Shown: positions 38,546 through 47,917 of the stretch, piece after piece
Position numbering within the stretch: position 1 is the first letter of the stretch
Layout of the letters: each line of letters opens with the position of its first letter
Assembly: GCA_963674705.1 (NCBI GenBank)
Contig: OY771506.1
Coordinates: 480,001 to 544,000, forward strand
Direction: 5' to 3'
DNA length: 64,000 nucleotides
Source of the DNA: Phycisphaeraceae bacterium
GTDB lineage: Bacteria; Planctomycetota; Phycisphaerae; Phycisphaerales; Phycisphaeraceae
Program-made: the position numbers and the translations under genes
Notes under the pieces: generated by a model
The model's input: the letters and a program-made list of their open reading frames with translations, nothing else
The model's database searches: none
Told to the model about the DNA's origin: nothing

Positions 38546-38876
38546 GACATGAGCTTTCTACTGGATTACCGATGGCTGGATCGTATTGGCAGCATATGGT
38601 AATTCAACCGCTCAGGTGTGCGAGTTCTGCTCATCGTTATCAGGCCTCCCATGAGCGACAATCTCATATCGGTGTCTTCCGGGTGATCTCAGGCATCCTG
38701 ATTTATTAGCAGCCCTTCAATGCTTGATCCGTTTAATACGGCATAAATGCCGGGGTTGCCAGAAATAATATTCAACTGGCCAGGTTTTGGGCCCATTCTA
38801 GGGGACAAAAGACCTTGAGTTCGTTAACATCTGGACTTGCAAAATCTTTCCCTGTGGATCGTTGAGGAGCACTTGG

Positions 38877-40214
38877 ATGAGCAACGACCTTTCTGAATCG
38901 GCCCCGGTCGCTGGGTCGAAGAATTCTGCAGCCGTTCGGCTGAGCGTGATGATGTTTCTTCAGTATGCGGTGTGGGGGGTGTGGCTGCCGCTGTTATCGA
39001 GGTATCTGGGTGCGGGGGTTGAAGACGGCGGGCTTGGGTTCACCGGCGCACAGATCGGGTGGATCCTGGGGCTGGCCGGTTCGATCGGTGCGGTCACCGG
39101 GCCGTTCATTGCCGGGCAGGTCGCCGACCGGTACATGAACGCAGAAAGAGCGTTGGGCTTGCTGCTGTTTCTCGGCGGCATCGTGCAGTACATCCTGTCG
39201 CTGCAAACGTCGTATACCGCGTGGCTTGCTCTGTCGATCGTGTATTCGATTCTTTACATGCCGACTCTTGCACTGACCAACAGTGTCGCATTTGCGAACC
39301 TGGACGATCCGGAGCGGAAGTTCCCGCCGGTGCGTTCGCTGGGCACGATCGGCTGGATCGTCGCATCCGTGGCGTTCCCGTTGATCTGGATGAGTAAGCC
39401 GGATAGCATCACGATGTTGAAGGGATGGCCCTTTATTGGTGGTGATCCAAGCGATAATGCCACAGCCCAGATCGCGGTGGCTCTGCAAGTATCCGGTGTC
39501 GTGTCGATCATCTACGCGATCTACAGCGTCATCGTGCTGCCGAAGACCCCGCCAAAGAAAGATGTGCAGCACCCGCTGGCGTTTGCCGAGGCGTTCAGCC
39601 TGTTCAAGCGTTTGGACTTCACCGTCCTGACGATCGCGGCGTTGCTGATTTCCATGATCCACAACTGCTACTTCATCCGCACGGGGCCGTACCTGGTCGA
39701 GGCGGTCGGCTTCACGGACGACAAGATCGGACCGGTCATGGCGCTGGGTCAGATCAGCGAGATCGTCGTACTGGCTGTGTTGGGGCTGTTTATTAAGAAG
39801 CTGGGGTATAAATGGGTACTGACGCTAGGCGCATTGTCGTTCGCGTTGCGGTACGGCTTGTTCGCGTTTGTGCTCTCGGCCGACGTCCCGAGCAAAGCGA
39901 TCGTACAAGGCGCGATGCTGCTGCACGGCCTGAACTATGGCTTCTTCTTCGCGGGCTCGTTCCTCTTTGTCGAAAAAATCGCCTCGGTGGATATCCGCCA
40001 CTCGGCCCAGACCGTGTTCGGGATCATCATCCTGGGCATGGGCCCGGTGCTGGCCGGCTTCTACAACGGGAAGTTTGACAGATTTAAAGGTGTCCAGGAT
40101 CAGCAGTTATACGACGTATTCTGGTGGACACAGGCGGGTATCGCAGCGTTCGTGATGCTGATGATGCTGATCGCGTTCTGGCCACCCAAGGCAAAAAGTG
40201 ATGTAAGCAATTGA
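38877..40214 (+). CDS. MFS transporter (nucleoside:H+ symporter-like)
   Basis: RLSVMMFLQYAVWGVW, GQVADRY, YMPTLALTNS, FPPVRSLGTIGWI and GQISE motifs. Confidence 0.9.
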   Translation: MSNDLSESAPVAGSKNSAAVRLSVMMFLQYAVWGVWLPLLSRYLGAGVEDGGLGFTGAQIGWILGLAGSIGAVTGPFIAGQVADRYMNAERALGLLLFLGGIVQYILSLQTSYTAWLALSIVYSILYMPTLALTNSVAFANLDDPERKFPPVRSLGTIGWIVASVAFPLIWMSKPDSITMLKGWPFIGGDPSDNATAQIAVALQVSGVVSIIYAIYSVIVLPKTPPKKDVQHPLAFAEAFSLFKRLDFTVLTIAALLISMIHNCYFIRTGPYLVEAVGFTDDKIGPVMALGQISEIVVLAVLGLFIKKLGYKWVLTLGALSFALRYGLFAFVLSADVPSKAIVQGAMLLHGLNYGFFFAGSFLFVEKIASVDIRHSAQTVFGIIILGMGPVLAGFYNGKFDRFKGVQDQQLYDVFWWTQAGIAAFVMLMMLIAFWPPKAKSDVSN

Positions 40215-40384
40215 TAACAAAAAGCCTAGCGTACACACACCAACCGTGTAACGCATGGATACATAAGACGTATACTGCTGGCTTGGCTACGCACATTGGA
40301 AGGATCAAACACAAAGGCCCATCAATGTTTGAAGATAAAATGTTCGCTGGTTGTTTTGGCTTCCTGAATTGGAGGAATGGATTG

Positions 40385-41098
40385 ATGTTAAGCAAACTGA
40401 TGTTGTGTGCCGTAGTGCTGGTTGGCTGTGCGGGCATGCAAGCCGGGTCTGATGATGCACAGGCTCCGAATACGCTGACCAAGAAAGAAAAGACCGACGG
40501 CTGGGAGCTGTTGTTTGATGGCAAGTCGATGGATAAGTGGCGCGGCTATCAAAAAGAAGACATGCCCGAGGGCTGGGTGATCGAAGGCGACAGCATCGTC
40601 ATGACCGGTGGCGGCGGCGACATCGTCACACGCGAGCAGTTCGACAACTTCGAACTGAAACTGGAATGGAAGATCCAGGAAGGCGGTAACTCCGGCATCT
40701 TCTATCGCGCCAACGAAGACCATCCCCGCATCTATGAAAGCGCCCCCGAGATGCAGGTGCTGGATAACAACAAGCACAACGATGGTAAAAACACGCTGAC
40801 CAGTGCCGGTGCCAATTATGGCCTGATAGCCGCGGTTCGCGATGTGACCCGACCTATCGGCGAATTCAACGAGGTCATGATCCTTGTCAACGGCAATCAC
40901 GTTGAACATCACTTGAACGGCGTCAAGCTGCTCGAATACGAACTGGGCTCCGACGAATGGAAAGAACTGGTCGCTAAATCAAAGTTCAAGGACTGGCCCG
41001 ATTACGGCAAGTTATCAAAGGGCTACATCGGCCTGCAGGACCACGGCGACAAGGTCTGGTACCGCAACATTAAGATCCGTCGTCTGAACGAAAAATAA
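40385..41098 (+). CDS. DUF1080 (3-keto-disaccharide hydrolase family) secreted/lipoprotein
   Basis: Signal peptide with LVGC; NTLT..EK.DGWELLFDGK, NSGIFY, EMQVLD and GYIGLQDHG..VWYRNIKIR motifs. Confidence 0.9.
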   Translation: MLSKLMLCAVVLVGCAGMQAGSDDAQAPNTLTKKEKTDGWELLFDGKSMDKWRGYQKEDMPEGWVIEGDSIVMTGGGGDIVTREQFDNFELKLEWKIQEGGNSGIFYRANEDHPRIYESAPEMQVLDNNKHNDGKNTLTSAGANYGLIAAVRDVTRPIGEFNEVMILVNGNHVEHHLNGVKLLEYELGSDEWKELVAKSKFKDWPDYGKLSKGYIGLQDHGDKVWYRNIKIRRLNEK

Positions 41099-41136
41099 TC
41101 ACAGAAAAGCAATCACCTAATTTGGGAGTTTATATC

Positions 41137-42495
41137 GTGAGTTCACCTACCCCCCCCGCCGACCCCAAACAACCGTCCGGCCATTCACGCCGTGACTTCA
41201 TCGCACGCACGGCCGCGCTGGCCGGCAGCGCCGTCATTCTGGGCACCGCCGCTTCAAAATCCCAGGCCAAGATCGGCCTGCCCGACAAGGCGAAAATACC
41301 CAAGTCCGGCAAACGCGCCACGCTTGGACCGAATGACCCGATCAAGCTCGGTGTCATCGGTGTCGGCGGCATGGGCAGCGGACACGTGAACGCCTATCTC
41401 AACTTCGCACAAGAGAATCAGGAAAACGTCCAGATTGTCGCGCTGTGCGACGTATGCGAACCCCGATGGAACAACGCGCTGAACGCCTGTAAAGAAAAGC
41501 AGCCCGGCGTCGATGTCAAGACGTATACCAAGCACGAAGAACTGCTGGCACGTGATGATATCCACGGCGTGGTCGTCGCTACCACCGAACACTGGCACGG
41601 CCCGATCAGCATCGACGCGATCGAGGCCGGCAAAGACGTCTACTGCGAAAAGCCGATGACGCTCCGCCTGCCTGAGGCGTTACTGATGCGTGAAGTCTCC
41701 AAGGCCAACCCCGACATCATCGTGCAGGTCGGCACGCAGCAGATGATGCGGCCGAAGTTCACCGCCGCCCGCAAGCTGTTGGAAGAAGGCGCGATCGGTC
41801 AGCCCACGTTCTGCCAGACAAGTTATTGCCGCAACAACAAGGAAGGCGAATGGCTCTACTACGGTATCGACCCGTCATGGGAGCCGGGTGTGAACCTGGA
41901 CTGGGAACGCTGGTGCGGCCCGCTCGGTCACTATGACTGGAACCCGCGCCTGTACGCAAGCTGGCGCCGCTACAAGGACTTCTCCACCGGCATCATCGGC
42001 GACCTGCTGGTCCACGTGATGACCCCCATGATGTACGCGCTGCAGGCCGGCTGGCCGACACGCGTCGTCGCCTCCGGCGGGCACTACGTAGACAAGGCCA
42101 TGGAAAACCACGACCAGGTCAACATCAACGTCGAGTTCGAGAACGGCCCGACCATGGTCGTCGCCGGCTCAACGTCCAACGACATCGGCCTGCAGGAACT
42201 GATCCGCGGCCACAAGGCGGACATCTACCTCAACAGCCGTAACTGCGTGCTCCAGCCCGAGCGCGTTTATGTCGACGATGTCGACGCGCAGGAGATCATG
42301 GCTGAAGACATCGGCAACGATCAGAACGCCCTGCGTCGTGACTGGCTTAACAGCATCCGCACACGTAAGCCCAACCGCAGCCCGGTAGACCTGGCCGCAC
42401 AGGTCATGGTCATCGTAGACTTGGCGACCCGGTCGATGTGGGAAGGTCACGCCTACAAGTTCGACTCGAAGACACTGACCGCCGACAAGATCTGA
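41137..42495 (+). CDS. Tat-exported Gfo/Idh/MocA oxidoreductase
   Basis: SRRDFI twin-arginine signal; GVIGVGGMG, YCEKP, QVGTQ and WRRYKDFSTG motifs. Confidence 0.9.
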   Translation: MSSPTPPADPKQPSGHSRRDFIARTAALAGSAVILGTAASKSQAKIGLPDKAKIPKSGKRATLGPNDPIKLGVIGVGGMGSGHVNAYLNFAQENQENVQIVALCDVCEPRWNNALNACKEKQPGVDVKTYTKHEELLARDDIHGVVVATTEHWHGPISIDAIEAGKDVYCEKPMTLRLPEALLMREVSKANPDIIVQVGTQQMMRPKFTAARKLLEEGAIGQPTFCQTSYCRNNKEGEWLYYGIDPSWEPGVNLDWERWCGPLGHYDWNPRLYASWRRYKDFSTGIIGDLLVHVMTPMMYALQAGWPTRVVASGGHYVDKAMENHDQVNINVEFENGPTMVVAGSTSNDIGLQELIRGHKADIYLNSRNCVLQPERVYVDDVDAQEIMAEDIGNDQNALRRDWLNSIRTRKPNRSPVDLAAQVMVIVDLATRSMWEGHAYKFDSKTLTADKI

Positions 42496-42510
42496 TAAAG
42501 ATAAACCATA

Positions 42511-42546
42511 CGACCCCTTCCCCTGACAGGGCGGGGGTCGCTTTTT
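42511..42546 (+). terminator. Rho-independent terminator
   Basis: CGACCCC...GGGGTCG stem followed by CTTTTT immediately after the stop codon. Confidence 0.65.
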
Positions 42547-42563
42547 AGGCCTGTAGGAAACCG

Positions 42564-43490
42564 ATGCCGATCACACTTGCCACAAATGCGATGGGCACGC
42601 GCTTCGAGCTGGTGCTCGCCGGCGCTGCCCCGGAGAAACTGCGCCCGGCAGGTGAGGCTGCGCTGCACGAGATCGAAGAATGTCACCACCGGTTCAACCT
42701 GTTCGATCCGGGCAGTTGGCTGAACTCGATCAATCGACGCGCAACAGGTGAGGCTATCGCGTTGGACGACGAAACCTTCGACCTGCTGACGATGTGCCAA
42801 CAGGTTCACGAAGCATCTGAGGGTGCCTTCGACGTGACCGTCGCGCCACTCATGCAAGCATGGGGATTTCACGGCAATATTCATGGTGATGAACAAGCCA
42901 TCCTTGCCGCACAGAAGATGGTCGGGATGCAACACGTTCACCTTGACGCCTCAGCAAAAACCGTTCGCTTCACTCACCCCGGCATCACACTCGACCTCGG
43001 CGGCATCGCAAAAGGCTTTGCGATCGACATAGCGATACAAGTGCTTCGAGATTGCGGCGTACAATGCGCGTTATTGCACGGCGGGACAAGCACCGTCGCC
43101 GCGATCGCAGCGCCACCCGACGAAGATGGCTGGCGCGTTACTTTACGAACCTCGGCCGATAATTCGTCAAATCAACCGGCTCCGGTCGTTTGCCTGAAAG
43201 ACAACGCGATGTCCATCTCCGCCCCGCATGGCCGAACGATCCAATCCGACGGCAAAACTCTCGGCCACGTGCTGGACCCACGCACCCACAGACCCGCAGC
43301 CTGCGGACCGTTCGCCGCAGTCATCGCTGATTCGGCCTGCCTGACTGATGCGTGGTCGACCGCCCTTTTAGTCCTGGGTGAAGCGCCGCAAACAATACCC
43401 GACACAATTCACACGATCCTGCCCGAAACGATCGCTGATACAACATCAAACCATTCAACACCCACTCGGTTGGAGGCTATTTGCAGATGA
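42564..43490 (+). CDS. apbE: FAD:protein FMN transferase, no signal peptide
   Basis: AMGT, GAFDVTV.PL, LDLGGIAKG, GHVLDPRT and DAWSTAL motifs. Confidence 0.88.
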   Translation: MPITLATNAMGTRFELVLAGAAPEKLRPAGEAALHEIEECHHRFNLFDPGSWLNSINRRATGEAIALDDETFDLLTMCQQVHEASEGAFDVTVAPLMQAWGFHGNIHGDEQAILAAQKMVGMQHVHLDASAKTVRFTHPGITLDLGGIAKGFAIDIAIQVLRDCGVQCALLHGGTSTVAAIAAPPDEDGWRVTLRTSADNSSNQPAPVVCLKDNAMSISAPHGRTIQSDGKTLGHVLDPRTHRPAACGPFAAVIADSACLTDAWSTALLVLGEAPQTIPDTIHTILPETIADTTSNHSTPTRLEAICR

Positions 43491-44725
43491 GTGAGACAGA
43501 CCGACGTACATTCCTGAAACAAGCCGGCACCGCGATGGCGGCTGTATCTATTCTTCCCAGTCTGGCTTTCGCAGCCGATCTTGAACTGAATAAAGAGTTG
43601 CCCGTAGCCATCATCGGTATGGGTCGGCAAGGCCGCGCTATCGCCGGCGAACTTCAGAAGATCAAGGGCGTAAAGATCGTCGGCGTGTGCGATATTGACT
43701 CCGGTCGGCTTCGTTCAGGCGCACGCCGCGTAGCCGGTGTCACGCCATATGAAACGCACAGCAAGCTGCTGGCAGAAGCCAAGGATGTTTCCGCTGTCTT
43801 CATCGCTACGCCGACACACACGCACCGCGCGATTGCTGAAGACGCTATCGCCGCAGGCAAGCATGTTTACTGTGAAGCACCTATCGCTTCGACCGTCGAA
43901 GACTGCCAGGCCATGGCCACCGCCGCCCGCAACGCGTCCACCGTCTGCGTTGCCGGCCTGCTCGGCCGTAGCAACCCGATCTACCAACTGGCACGCACGT
44001 TTTACCGCTCCAACTCCGTGCGTGAACTGATCACGATGCGCGCCCAGGCCAACGAAAAGACCACCTGGCGCAACCCCGCCCCGACCCCGGAACGTGAAAG
44101 GGCCTTGAACTGGCGGCTGGACCCTGAACTTTCCATCGGCCTGGCGGGTGAACTCGGCACGCACCAGTTCGACGTGTTCCACTACTACCGGGATGAATAC
44201 CCCGTATCCGTGACCGGCCTCGGTTCGATCCAATTGCACAAGGACGGACGTAAGGTTGACGACACCATCAACGCACTGATCTCCTACGCCGACGGCACGG
44301 TCCTTGATTACGGCGCTACGCTCGGTAACTCACACGGCGGAACGCACGAAGTGTTCTACGGCTCTAACGCCGCCATCCAGCTCGCCTGGACGCATGGCTG
44401 GATGTTCAAGGAAGCCGACGCCCCGACACAAGGCTGGGAAGTCTACGCCAATCGTCAACGTTTCCACAATGAAGAAGGCATCACCCTCATCGCCGATGCG
44501 ACACAACTCGCCTCACAAGGCAAGCTCGAATCCGGCGTGGGCCTGCCGAATCCTTCTCTGTACTACGGGATCGCTGACTTCCTCAAGAGCGTGACCGAAA
44601 GTGAACCCGTCGTCACGTCCATGGCCGAAGGCGCACGCGCCACGATCGTCGGCATCCTCACCAACCAGGCGATTGTCACCGGCCAGACCGTAAAGATCGA
44701 TCCCGCAATGCTGGCTGGAGAATAA
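43487..44725 (+). CDS. Tat-exported Gfo/Idh/MocA oxidoreductase
   Basis: DRRTFLK signal; IIGMGRQG, IATPTHTH and YCEAP; ATGA overlap with apbE. Confidence 0.88.
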   Translation: MSETDRRTFLKQAGTAMAAVSILPSLAFAADLELNKELPVAIIGMGRQGRAIAGELQKIKGVKIVGVCDIDSGRLRSGARRVAGVTPYETHSKLLAEAKDVSAVFIATPTHTHRAIAEDAIAAGKHVYCEAPIASTVEDCQAMATAARNASTVCVAGLLGRSNPIYQLARTFYRSNSVRELITMRAQANEKTTWRNPAPTPERERALNWRLDPELSIGLAGELGTHQFDVFHYYRDEYPVSVTGLGSIQLHKDGRKVDDTINALISYADGTVLDYGATLGNSHGGTHEVFYGSNAAIQLAWTHGWMFKEADAPTQGWEVYANRQRFHNEEGITLIADATQLASQGKLESGVGLPNPSLYYGIADFLKSVTESEPVVTSMAEGARATIVGILTNQAIVTGQTVKIDPAMLAGE

Positions 44726-44728
44726 ACC

Positions 44729-45487
44729 GTGACACAGCCTTCATACCTAAGACCACTGGGCGTCACCGCAAGGCTTGGCCTGACCATTCTCGTGCTGACG
44801 CTGCTCGGTGGACTGACCGTGTCAGGTATTTACATGGCCTGGCATCATGAAAACCGTGACGAGCAGGCCGGCCTGACAATGGATGACATCCGCGGCCACT
44901 ACGCCGGTGTCAACAAACCCTCCCCACTGCTTCAAGCCCTTAAACGCAAGCACCCGGAGGAGCAGCCCGAGGCCTCACGACAGATCCTGATCGACTGGCT
45001 GACGGGCGACCGCATCAGCGAGGACTATGACAGTTTAGACCTCGGCGACCTTGCCCCCGCGGAAATTATCGCAAACGATTGCCTGGACTGTCACAGCCGA
45101 CAAAGCACGGGTGAGGGTACGTATGCCGAGTTGCCGCTGGATTACTTCGACGACATCCGTGACATCGCTTTTTCCAAGGATATCCGTCCGGTCGGAATGG
45201 AAGTGTTGGCCGCATCGACACACACACACGCGATCAGCCTGTCGATGTTGATCCTCGCCTCCAGCGGCCTGCTGTTACTGACCGGCTGGCCCCGGAAGCT
45301 GGTGAACCCCTTGATTCTGCTGACCGCACTGGGACTTGCGTGCGACTTATCCAGTTGGTGGATCGCACGTGTCTACCCGGGCATCGTTCCACTGATCGTC
45401 GCCGGCGGCTTCGTCTTCGCAGCGGGAACCGCACTATCGTTACTGATGGTCATAGGTGATCTTTGGCGCCCCGCAAAAAGCGACTGA
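44729..45487 (+). CDS. Membrane protein with a single CxxCH heme-c motif
   Basis: N-terminal TM, soluble region with CLDCH, then three hydrophobic helices preceded by HTH. Confidence 0.75.
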   Translation: MTQPSYLRPLGVTARLGLTILVLTLLGGLTVSGIYMAWHHENRDEQAGLTMDDIRGHYAGVNKPSPLLQALKRKHPEEQPEASRQILIDWLTGDRISEDYDSLDLGDLAPAEIIANDCLDCHSRQSTGEGTYAELPLDYFDDIRDIAFSKDIRPVGMEVLAASTHTHAISLSMLILASSGLLLLTGWPRKLVNPLILLTALGLACDLSSWWIARVYPGIVPLIVAGGFVFAAGTALSLLMVIGDLWRPAKSD

Positions 45488-45506
45488 CCATCTAACAAAT
45501 CACCCT

Positions 45507-45545
45507 AAAAAAGAAGCCCACGTTCGACGAACGTGGGCTTTTCAT
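45507..45545. terminator. Bidirectional terminator
   Basis: AAGCCCACGTTC-GAC-GAACGTGGGCTT perfect stem with A-run before and T-run after, between convergent genes. Confidence 0.85.
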
Positions 45546-45568
45546 TTAACACACAAACTGTACCTGCA

Positions 45569-46507
45569 TCACGCAAGCTCTTTTTTCACCCGCTCCAGCA
45601 GCGCCTTCGTCGCGGCGATACCTTCCATTTCACCAAGACGTGATCCTTCGTACTCAATACCAACCCAGTTGTGATAGCCGGCATCCAGCACGATCTTCAT
45701 CATCTTGAAGTAATCGGTCTTGGTTTCGTTGCCTTTATCATCAAAATCGTGTGTCTTGGCGGACACGGCTTTGGCGTAAGGCATCAGTTCGGTAACGCCT
45801 TTGTATCGATCGTAGACCTTGCCGTCACCAAGGTTGAAGTTGCCGAAGTCGGGCAATGTGCCCACGCGCGGATGGTTGGTCATTTTCATCACACCGGAGA
45901 GCCATTCACCGTTGGATGACAGACCGCCGTGGTTCTCGACGGTGACGTCGATGTCATAGCCATCGGCAAACTCGCATAGACGGCGCAGACCATCAGCGGC
46001 AAGTCGCTGCTGCTCTTGGTATTCACCTTCACTGGCGGCATTAACTCGGATGCAGTGGCAGCCGAGGAACTTCGCCGCTTCAACCCACTTGTAGTGATTC
46101 TCTACGGACTTGATACGTGCCGCTTCGTCGGGGTCGCCGATGCGGCCTTCCCCGTCGCACATGATCAGGACGCTTGTCACACCGAGGTCGGCCGCGCGGG
46201 ACTTCATCTCGCCGAGGTACTTCTCGTCTTTCGCCTTATCCTTGAAGAAGGAGTTGACGTATTCGACACCATCGATGCCGAATTCCTTCTTGGCAACGGA
46301 TGCAAAGTCGAGATTGTCCAGCTTCCCCTCGTAGAGGGCGCGGTGCAACGACCACTGCGCCAACGAAATCTTGAACAGGGCGGCCGTGTCGGGTTCGTCT
46401 TCGGCGTCATCTTCCTTGGCGTGTGCTTCAGGCACAACAAGCGAGGCGCCGGCGATTAACGCAGCGGATGAGCGGATAAAACCACGTCGGGTAATGGATC
46501 GGTTCAC
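45569..46507 (-). CDS. Tat-exported xylose-isomerase-like TIM barrel protein
   Basis: TRRGFI signal; [29 protein letters not shown] and GIEYEG motifs. Confidence 0.88.
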   Translation of the reverse strand: MNRSITRRGFIRSSAALIAGASLVVPEAHAKEDDAEDEPDTAALFKISLAQWSLHRALYEGKLDNLDFASVAKKEFGIDGVEYVNSFFKDKAKDEKYLGEMKSRAADLGVTSVLIMCDGEGRIGDPDEAARIKSVENHYKWVEAAKFLGCHCIRVNAASEGEYQEQQRLAADGLRRLCEFADGYDIDVTVENHGGLSSNGEWLSGVMKMTNHPRVGTLPDFGNFNLGDGKVYDRYKGVTELMPYAKAVSAKTHDFDDKGNETKTDYFKMMKIVLDAGYHNWVGIEYEGSRLGEMEGIAATKALLERVKKELA

Positions 46508-46564
46508 AGCAATGAGCTCCTATTGCGGTTTTTTTGATGTATCTGCCTTATTCTACCTTCACGA

Positions 46565-47890
46565 TCAGGCTCCGGGTACTGGAACCACCCCCTCCTCCGG
46601 CAGAGTCACGCCGCCGGACTCGAAGTCGGCCGCGGAGGGCGACAAGGCCAGGGCGTACCACTTGCTCTGCTTGTTCTCCGTCAGGTCTTCCCACGTGACC
46701 ATCTGCCCGGTATAAGCGGAGATCCGGCCCATGATCGCGGTCAGGGTGGACTCGGCGACCTGCTTGGCTTCGTTGAGCTTTTCGCCCTTCACGATCGCCG
46801 CCTGCAGGTCGACGTGCTCCTGCACGTAGGGGTTACTCGCTACCTGGACATCAGGCAAAGTGATCGGAGCCTTATCAAAACGAGCGATGCGTTTTTCATC
46901 CCAGACCCGGCCTTCGGTGCCGACGAAGTTGGTGTTGACCTGGTTGTAGCAATCGTTGATCTGCCGACACATCGAATGGATCGAGCAGTTATCCCCGTAA
47001 TTGAACTCGACGCTGAAGTTGTCATACATGTTACCGGTGACGCGGCGCTGCCGGCTGCCGAACCCGACCGCCGACTCGGGATGTCGGCCAATGAACCAGT
47101 TGGCCACGTCGATCTGGTGCACATGCTGCTCGACGATGTGGTCGCCGGAGGTTTCCAGGAAGCTGACCCAGTTGCGGATCATGTAGTCGGACGCCGATTC
47201 ACCGTCGTTGCGTTCCTTGTACCACAGACGATTCTGGCACCAGTAAATCTGACCGCCGAGGATCGTCCCGACCGCGCCATCCTTAATGGCTTGTGCATGT
47301 TTGATGTATCCAGCCTGGTGACGGCGCTGTGTGCCGGCGACGATATTCAATCCCTTGCTCTCAGCAAGTTCACCCAGGCTCATGACCTTCCGGCAACCGG
47401 GCGGGTCGACGGCCACAGGCTTCTCCATAAATACGTGCTTGCCCGCTTCAACAGCCGCCGCCAGATGCACGGGTCTGAAGTTCGGCGGGGTCGCAAGGAT
47501 CACAAGGTCGGCATCCGTCTGCATCAGTTGCTTGTAACCGGTCGGCCCGACAAAACAGTGATCGTCAGATACGCCGTATTCCTTGGCAACACCCTGGGCA
47601 CGATCGGCAAAGTAATCGCAGACCGCGATGCACTTGAGCTGGATGCCGTTGATCTCAGCGGCTTCCATCGCGTTCTTCAATGCGCCTTTACCGCGTCCAC
47701 CGCAACCAACCAGAGCGATCTTCAATGATCCGTCGCCCTGTGCGTACGCACTGGAACCCAGCCAGCCGGGCACCATGGTTAATGCGGCCGCTGCGGCGGT
47801 GCCTTGCAGGAAGGTACGGCGGGTTACGCCTGGTGTATCCGTAGACATGAATCCTGAATTATTCGTACTGTCGACTTGTCTATCGCTCAT
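46565..47890 (-). CDS. Tat-exported Gfo/Idh/MocA oxidoreductase
   Basis: TRRTFLQ signal; LVGCGGRG, ATPPNFR, FMEKP, GTQRRH and GDHIVEQHVH motifs. Confidence 0.9.
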   Translation of the reverse strand: MSDRQVDSTNNSGFMSTDTPGVTRRTFLQGTAAAAALTMVPGWLGSSAYAQGDGSLKIALVGCGGRGKGALKNAMEAAEINGIQLKCIAVCDYFADRAQGVAKEYGVSDDHCFVGPTGYKQLMQTDADLVILATPPNFRPVHLAAAVEAGKHVFMEKPVAVDPPGCRKVMSLGELAESKGLNIVAGTQRRHQAGYIKHAQAIKDGAVGTILGGQIYWCQNRLWYKERNDGESASDYMIRNWVSFLETSGDHIVEQHVHQIDVANWFIGRHPESAVGFGSRQRRVTGNMYDNFSVEFNYGDNCSIHSMCRQINDCYNQVNTNFVGTEGRVWDEKRIARFDKAPITLPDVQVASNPYVQEHVDLQAAIVKGEKLNEAKQVAESTLTAIMGRISAYTGQMVTWEDLTENKQSKWYALALSPSAADFESGGVTLPEEGVVPVPGA

Positions 47891-47917
47891 GTTCCGTTCC
47901 TTTCCTCACAAGTGCGT

